45,223 nucleotides of DNA from an uncultured Acidobacteriota bacterium (GTDB lineage Bacteria; Acidobacteriota; Terriglobia; UBA7540). Below the pieces are notes generated by a model. That model was given only the letters and a program-made list of their open reading frames with translations. It was not told the origin of the DNA and did no database searches. A program made the translations under genes and the position numbers. Within the stretch, counting starts at the first letter, position 1; each line of letters starts with the position of its first letter. The stretch is from NCBI GenBank assembly GCA_963804995.1, contig CAWDSK010000007.1:1-45223 (forward strand), given 5' to 3'. Positions 39,531 through 45,223 of this stretch are shown piece after piece.

Positions 39531-41312
39531 ATGAGTACTGTGCCCTTCAATGAAGCGCCCCAAGGTAGCGGGGGCTTGATTCAGATTTCCTCGAAAGAGG
39601 AGGTTATACGCCAGCGGCTGGAGGATGAACGCCGGCGATTGGAAAAAGAGGCGGGCATCGAGCGGCGGGCCACGCAGCAGTTCCACAAACCCATCGAGCA
39701 TGCCTTTACTAAATCGCAACGCGACCACACCACCATTCTCTTCGGCGGCCTCACCTGGAAGCACGAAAAGTTGATCCACGGCGCGCTCGAAGGCCTCGGC
39801 TACAAGTGCGAGGCATTGCCGGTGCCCAACAAGCGCGCGTTCCAGCTTGGCAAGGAGTATGGCAACAACGGCCAATGCAACCCCACCTACTTCACCGTCG
39901 GCAACCTGGTGCAATTTGTGCAGACCCTGGAAGAGAAGGGCCTGACCAAGCAGGAAATTATCGATCGTTACGTGTTCATGACGGCCGGCGCCTGCGGACC
40001 CTGCCGGTTCGGGATGTACGAGGCGGAGTATCGGCTGGCCCTGCGCAACTCGGGTTTTGACGGTTTCCGCGTGCTCCTCTTTCAGCAATCGGGCGGACTG
40101 AATCAGGCTGAAGCCGAAGCCGGGCTGGAAATGAATCTCGACTTTTTCCTCAACATTCTGAACGCGATGAACATTGGCGACATCATTAACGACGTTGCCT
40201 ACCAGATTCGACCCTACGAAGTCAACGCCGGGGAGACGGACCGCGTCCTGGATGAGTGCATGGACCTGCTCCAGGAAGTGATGCGCAGCAAGCGTCCCTG
40301 GACGCTCGAAGGCAACCTTGCCTCGATCCTCAACAAGACGGCGTTTGCCGGCACGGCGCAATACGTGGGCAAATTCCTTAACCAGCTTTATGGCGACAAC
40401 TACACCGCGGCGCTCCACGAAGTCCGCGATCGTTTCAACGCCATTCCGATTGACCGTACCCGCGTGAAGCCCATCGTGAAGGTCACTGGTGAATTCTGGG
40501 CGCAGACGACGGAGGGTGACGGCAATTTCAACATGTTCCGTTTCCTCGAGAAGGAAGGCGCGCAAGTGCTGGTGGAGCCCATCGGCACCTGGATCATGTA
40601 CATGATCCATCAGGCCAAGCAGCAGATTCGTGACCAGAAAGGCCTCAACCTGGTCCAGGGGAATGTCCCCAAGTGGAACTTGAAGCGCTTGATGGGCAGC
40701 CACTTGGACACACAGCAAAGACTGGCCAAGCTGACCACCGCGGAAAAGGTTTTCAAGCGCGAATACCACCGCTTAATCGACGCCCTGGGCGGCATTGCGC
40801 ATCACCTGACCGATCAGTATGAGCTGCAACGGATCGGCCATCCCTTCTACAACTCCCGTGCGGGCGGCGGCGAAGGCCACCTGGAAGTCGCCAAGAACAT
40901 TTACTACTCGAACAAGGACCTCTGCCACATGGTGCTCAGCCTGAAGCCCTTCGGCTGCATGCCTTCGACACAGTCGGACGGCGCGCAATCCGCCGTCGTT
41001 TCGACCTACAAGGACATGATCTTTATCCCGATTGAAACCTCCGGCGAAGGGGATGTTAACGCTCACAGCCGCGTGCAGATGGCGCTAGGCGAAGCGAAAG
41101 TCCGCTCCAAGAACGAAATGAAGCGGGTGCTGGACGAGACGGGTACCACCCTCGAAGACGTCCGCGCCTTTGTCCAGGACCATCCGGAAATGCAGCAGCC
41201 CATGTACAAGTACGGGCACCACAAGGGTGTGATCAGCGTGGCGGCGAATTTCGCCCTGCACGCTGCCGAGCGCATGAAGGTGGAGAGCCGCGAGACAGTG
41301 GCAGTTGGCTAA
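39531..41312 (+). CDS. 2-hydroxyacyl-CoA dehydratase/reductase-related protein (PlsR-like)
   Basis: GQCNPTY, GACGPCRFGMY, VTGEFW, GGEG and KPFGCMP motifs; adjacent to the activase gene. Confidence 0.8.
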   Translation: MSTVPFNEAPQGSGGLIQISSKEEVIRQRLEDERRRLEKEAGIERRATQQFHKPIEHAFTKSQRDHTTILFGGLTWKHEKLIHGALEGLGYKCEALPVPNKRAFQLGKEYGNNGQCNPTYFTVGNLVQFVQTLEEKGLTKQEIIDRYVFMTAGACGPCRFGMYEAEYRLALRNSGFDGFRVLLFQQSGGLNQAEAEAGLEMNLDFFLNILNAMNIGDIINDVAYQIRPYEVNAGETDRVLDECMDLLQEVMRSKRPWTLEGNLASILNKTAFAGTAQYVGKFLNQLYGDNYTAALHEVRDRFNAIPIDRTRVKPIVKVTGEFWAQTTEGDGNFNMFRFLEKEGAQVLVEPIGTWIMYMIHQAKQQIRDQKGLNLVQGNVPKWNLKRLMGSHLDTQQRLAKLTTAEKVFKREYHRLIDALGGIAHHLTDQYELQRIGHPFYNSRAGGGEGHLEVAKNIYYSNKDLCHMVLSLKPFGCMPSTQSDGAQSAVVSTYKDMIFIPIETSGEGDVNAHSRVQMALGEAKVRSKNEMKRVLDETGTTLEDVRAFVQDHPEMQQPMYKYGHHKGVISVAANFALHAAERMKVESRETVAVG

Positions 41313-41321
41313 CCGGATATC

Positions 41322-41397
41322 TCACCGCAGAGGCGCGGAGGCGCAGAGGTTCGAAAACAAGTGGTCTTTGCTCTGCGTCTCAGCGCCTCTGCGGTGA
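41322..41397. repeat. 27-bp inverted repeat built from 9-mer units
   Basis: tcaccgcagaggcgcggaggcgcagag / ctctgcgtctcagcgcctctgcggtga. Confidence 0.85.
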
Positions 41398-41429
41398 AGC
41401 TTGGAAACGTAAATGGATAGGAGCATCGC

Positions 41430-44400
41430 ATGCCTGAAGCAGATCCCAAGAATTTGATCGTCGGCTTTGATGTGGGTTCGACCACGGTGAAATCCGTGGT
41501 GGTAGACGCCTTGACGGATCAGATTCTTTGGAGCGACTACCAGCGTCACGATACCAAGCAACCGGAAAAGTGCCTGGAATTCCTCAAGCGCATGGAAGCC
41601 GAGGCCGGCATCAAGGCGGGCGAGAGCCGCGTTTTCGTGACGGGCAGCGGTGGCGGGCCGGTAGGCGCCCACATTGGCGCCAAGTTTGTCCAGGAAGTGA
41701 ACGCCGTTTCGCTCGCCGTCGAAAAACTTTATCCCGAGTGCGGTTCGGTGGTGGAACTGGGCGGCCAGGACGCCAAGATTATCATTTTCAAGGAAGACCC
41801 GGAGACTGGCCGCAAAAAGAAAATCCCCTCCATGAACGACAAGTGCGCTGGTGGCACGGGCGCCGTCATTGACAAGATGAACGCTAAGGTCCGCATTCCC
41901 GCGGAAGAGCTTTGCAACATGGGGTACCTGGGGTTGAAGCTGCATCCCGTGGCAGGGAAGTGCGGCGTGTTCGCCGAGACGGACATCAATGGGCTCCAGA
42001 AGAGTGGCGTACCGCCCTCGGAGTTGATGGCCTCGCTGTTTGAAGCCATCATCCAGCAAAACCTGGCGGTGCTGACGCGCGGCAACACGCTGCGTCCTAC
42101 CGTGCTCCTGCTCGGCGGCCCCAACACTTACATCAAAGGGATGCAGGATTGCTGGAGGTTCAACATCCCCAAAGTTTGGGAGGAGCGCAATTTCCCGCTG
42201 CCGGAAGGCAAGGGCCCCAAAGACCTCATCATGGTTCCAGACAACGCCCAGTATTTTGCCGCGCTGGGTTGCGTGCGGTTCGCCATGGATGAAGACGCGG
42301 ACATTGGCATCTACAAGGGTTACGAAAAGCTGGAGTGGTACATCAACTTTGGCCGCCTGGAAGAAAAGCAGAAAAAGGGCGGTAGCGGATTGTACAAGAC
42401 CGAAGACGAGCTCAGCGAATTCAAAGATCGGTACAAGCCGAAGAAGTTTATCCCTCGCACCTTCAAGCCGGGTGAGCACGTCGAAGCCTTTATGGGCATC
42501 GACGGTGGCTCCACCTCCACCAAAGCCGTCCTGGTAAGCCACGAGGGCGAGGTGATGGTGAAGTGCTACCAGCTTTCCAAGGGCAATCCCCTGGAAGACA
42601 CCATGGAAATGTTTGCGAACCTGCGCAAGCAGGTGGAGTCGCAGGGCGCGACAGTGGAGTTGTTGGGCGTGGGCTCGAACGGGTTACGCCAAGGACATCC
42701 TGAAGGATGTGCTGAACGCTGACGTGGCGCTGGTCGAAACCGTGGCGCACACCCAGGCGGCGCTGCACTTCTATCCCCACGCGGACGTTATCTGCGACGT
42801 GGGCGGCCAGGACATCAAGCTCATCATCCTGCAAGACGGCCGGGTGAAAGACTTCAAACTGAACACCCAGTGTTCCGCCGGCAACGGCTACTTCCTGCAA
42901 TCCACCTGTGTGGGCTTTGGCCACGACGTCATGAACTATGCTGACCTCGCCTTCAGCGCAAAAGCCATGCCCATGTTCGGTTACGGCTGCGCCGTGTTCA
43001 TGCAATCGGATATCGTCGATTTCCAGCGCCAGGGTTGGAAGCCTGAGGAGATTATGGCGGGCCTGGCCAATGTGCTGCCCAAGAACATTTGGCTTTATGT
43101 TTCACAGATTCCCAACCTGGCTTCGCTCGGGAACACCTTCATTCTGCAAGGGGGCACACAACACAACCTGGCCGCGGTGAAATCGCAGGTGGATTTCATC
43201 GAGTCGCGCTTTAAGGACAAGGGCGCCAAGCCCAACGTCATCGTGCACGAGCACTGCGGTGAAGCGGGCGCTATCGGCTCCGCCATCGAAGCGCGCCGGC
43301 TGTACAATAACGGCCACCGCACCAGCTTCGTCGGTTTCGAGGCCGTCGAAAAAATCACCTACGTTACGCACCGCAGTGAGAACACCCGCTGCTATTTCTG
43401 CAAGAACAAGTGCATGCGCACCTTCATCGACGTGCAGATTGCCAGCTCCGACGAGTCGTGGAAGAAATCCAAGATTCCCATACCGGTTGGCGTAAAGCGG
43501 CTGATCGTGGGCAATAGTTGCGAAAAGGGCCTGGTGGAAGACGTGGCCGACATGCGCGAAATCAAGAAGGGCCTGGACGCCGCCAAGAAAGAAAACCCCA
43601 ACATGGTGGAAGTGGCCGCCAAGGCTGCGTTCAAATCCTACGCGCCGGCGGTCGTGGCTGACCCCCTGCCTAAGTTCGCCGTAACGGCCAAGCAAAAGAA
43701 GCGCGTGGAATTGATGAAGAAGCGCGCGAGCCTGCGCATCGGCATCCCGCGCATTCTCAACATGTATACGGTGAACCCCATTTTCAGCGCCTACTTTGAA
43801 GCCCTGGGGATCCCCGGAGAAAATCTGATCTACTCAGATTACACCAACGAGCAGCTTTACAAAGAAGGGGCCAAACGCGGGGCCATCGATCCCTGCTTCC
43901 CGTCGAAGGTGGGCATTCCCCATGTGCACAACATGCTGCACGTGCACCACAAGAAGAAGCCGCTCAACATCATCTTCTGCCCCATGATCGACAACCTGCC
44001 GAGCGACATGAAGCATGCGCAGTCGCATCGCTCCTGCCCCACGGTGGCGTCCACACCCGAAGCGGTGAAGGCCGCGTTTATCAAAGAAGGAGACCTTTTC
44101 AAGGAAAATAACATCCTTTTCCTTGATACTTTCGTGAATCCGGGCAAACCAACGCTGCTGGCGAGGCAGATGTACGAACAGTTTGTGGATATCCTCGGAT
44201 TGTCCGAGGAGGAGAACGCCCGCGCTGTTGAGGCAGGTCTGCAAGCCCAAAGTGATTTTGAGAATAAGGTGATGCGCGCCCAGGGCCGCGAAATTCTGAA
44301 GCGCCTGGAAGCAGAAGACCGCATTGGCATCGTGATGCTGGGCCGGCCGTACCACAACGACCCCGGCATCAACCACGAGATCATGGAAGAGTTCCAAAAG

Positions 44401-44952
44401 ATTGGCTACCCGGTGCTGACCTTGGGCTCGTTGCCCATCGATCAAGACATCCTGTGGCGGCTTTTCGGTGAAGACGTCCGGGCGGGCTTGATCAAAGACC
44501 CCATGGACGTGAGTGACGCGTGGAAGAACAGTTATAGCGAGAACACCACGCAGAAGATTTGGGCCGCCAAGTATACGGCCCGGCACCCGAACCTGGTGGC
44601 GCTGGAACTTTCCAGCTTCAAGTGTGGTCACGATGCGCCCATTTACACTGCCGTGGAAGAAACCGTGACCAAGTCCGGCACCCCGTACTTTTCCTTCAAG
44701 GACATCGACGAGAATAAGCCCATGGGATCCATCAAAATTCGCGTCGAGACTATCAGCTACTTCCTGAAGCGCTACCGCGAAGACATGGTGCGCAACAAGC
44801 AGAAGCAGGCAGATGTCGACGCCAAGCTCCGCGAATTCGAGGCGAAGCTCCGCGCTGAATTCGATGCTGACTCGCTGATGCCCAGCCCTCCACCCGCGCC
44901 CTACGAGATCGAGACGCCCGTCGGCATCAACGCTATCCGGCGGGAAGAATAG
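41430..44952 (+). CDS. BadF/BadG/BcrA/BcrD-type double-ATPase activase fused to a DUF2229-like domain (PlsA/Ger-like); one +1 frameshift at 42678/42679
   Basis: Two ASKHA modules (DVGSTTVK..ELGGQDAK..KCAGGTG..CGVFAETD; DGGSTSTK..DVGGQDIK..QCSAGNG..CAVFMQSD), CYFCKNKC, CFPSK, SSFKCGHD. Removing one A restores GSTGYAK and 1173 aa. Confidence 0.85.
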
Positions 44953-44978
44953 TTCTGAGGGTGGGGCGAAAAAAAGAT

Positions 44979-45007
44979 TCACCACAGAGCACACAGAGAC
45001 CACAGAG
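44979..45007. repeat. 9-mer tandem repeat (CACAGAG core x3), related to the 41322 element
   Basis: tcaccacagag cacacagag accacagag. Confidence 0.7.
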
Positions 45008-45031
45008 AAAGGCACTTCAGACTGCGCTGGC

Positions 45032-45223
45032 TGGCGCAGACCCCTGTCTTTTGGGGTCTGCGGTGCCCCGAAGGGGCAGGGGTTGCGGCCAGCTCCAGCG
45101 GTGATGGATTGCAATTGTCCTGCCTGTAAGTACACTTCTAGAAAGGAGTGTACACCCACGCTAATCTCTTGTTGGATGAGTGTCCCTCCGGGACATCGCA
45201 GACCCCAAAGAACGGGGGTCCGG
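45032..45223. repeat. Inverted pair of CGCAGACCCC REP-like hairpins (same family as the intron target)
   Basis: tggcgcagacccc-tgtctttt-ggggtctgcgg at 45032..45063 and cgcagacccc-aaagaacg-ggggtc at 45197..45220. Confidence 0.8.

Overview
This is a GC-rich bacterial chromosomal segment. Gene content and repeat style suggest Acidobacteriota, but that is inference. The left end holds two near-identical group II introns in tandem (1..1904, 5'-truncated, and 1974..3886), each encoding a 478-aa reverse transcriptase/maturase with no endonuclease domain. Only 69 bp separate them, and both are followed by CGCTAC. Removing intron 2 rebuilds a GTAG-type REP-like hairpin, and the intron's predicted EBS1/EBS3 are complementary to that hairpin arm. 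Empty members of the same hairpin family occur elsewhere in the window, so the best candidate for a new system is a REP-homing group II intron. The rest comprises housekeeping genes (truA, HtrA protease, dnaE-accA), a cluster of exported catabolic enzymes (two Tat-signal DegT-type aminotransferases, a Gfo/Idh/MocA oxidoreductase, an enolase-superfamily enzyme, GH20, a ceramidase-like hydrolase, peptidases), and a PlsR/PlsA(Ger)-like gene pair that may make ether lipids. Several intergenic repeat families and a periodic AT-rich motif array are also present. Four +1 frameshifts, one in dnaE, look like sequencing errors. No rRNA, tRNA or CRISPR array was recognised. All calls come from reading motifs by eye; no searches were run.
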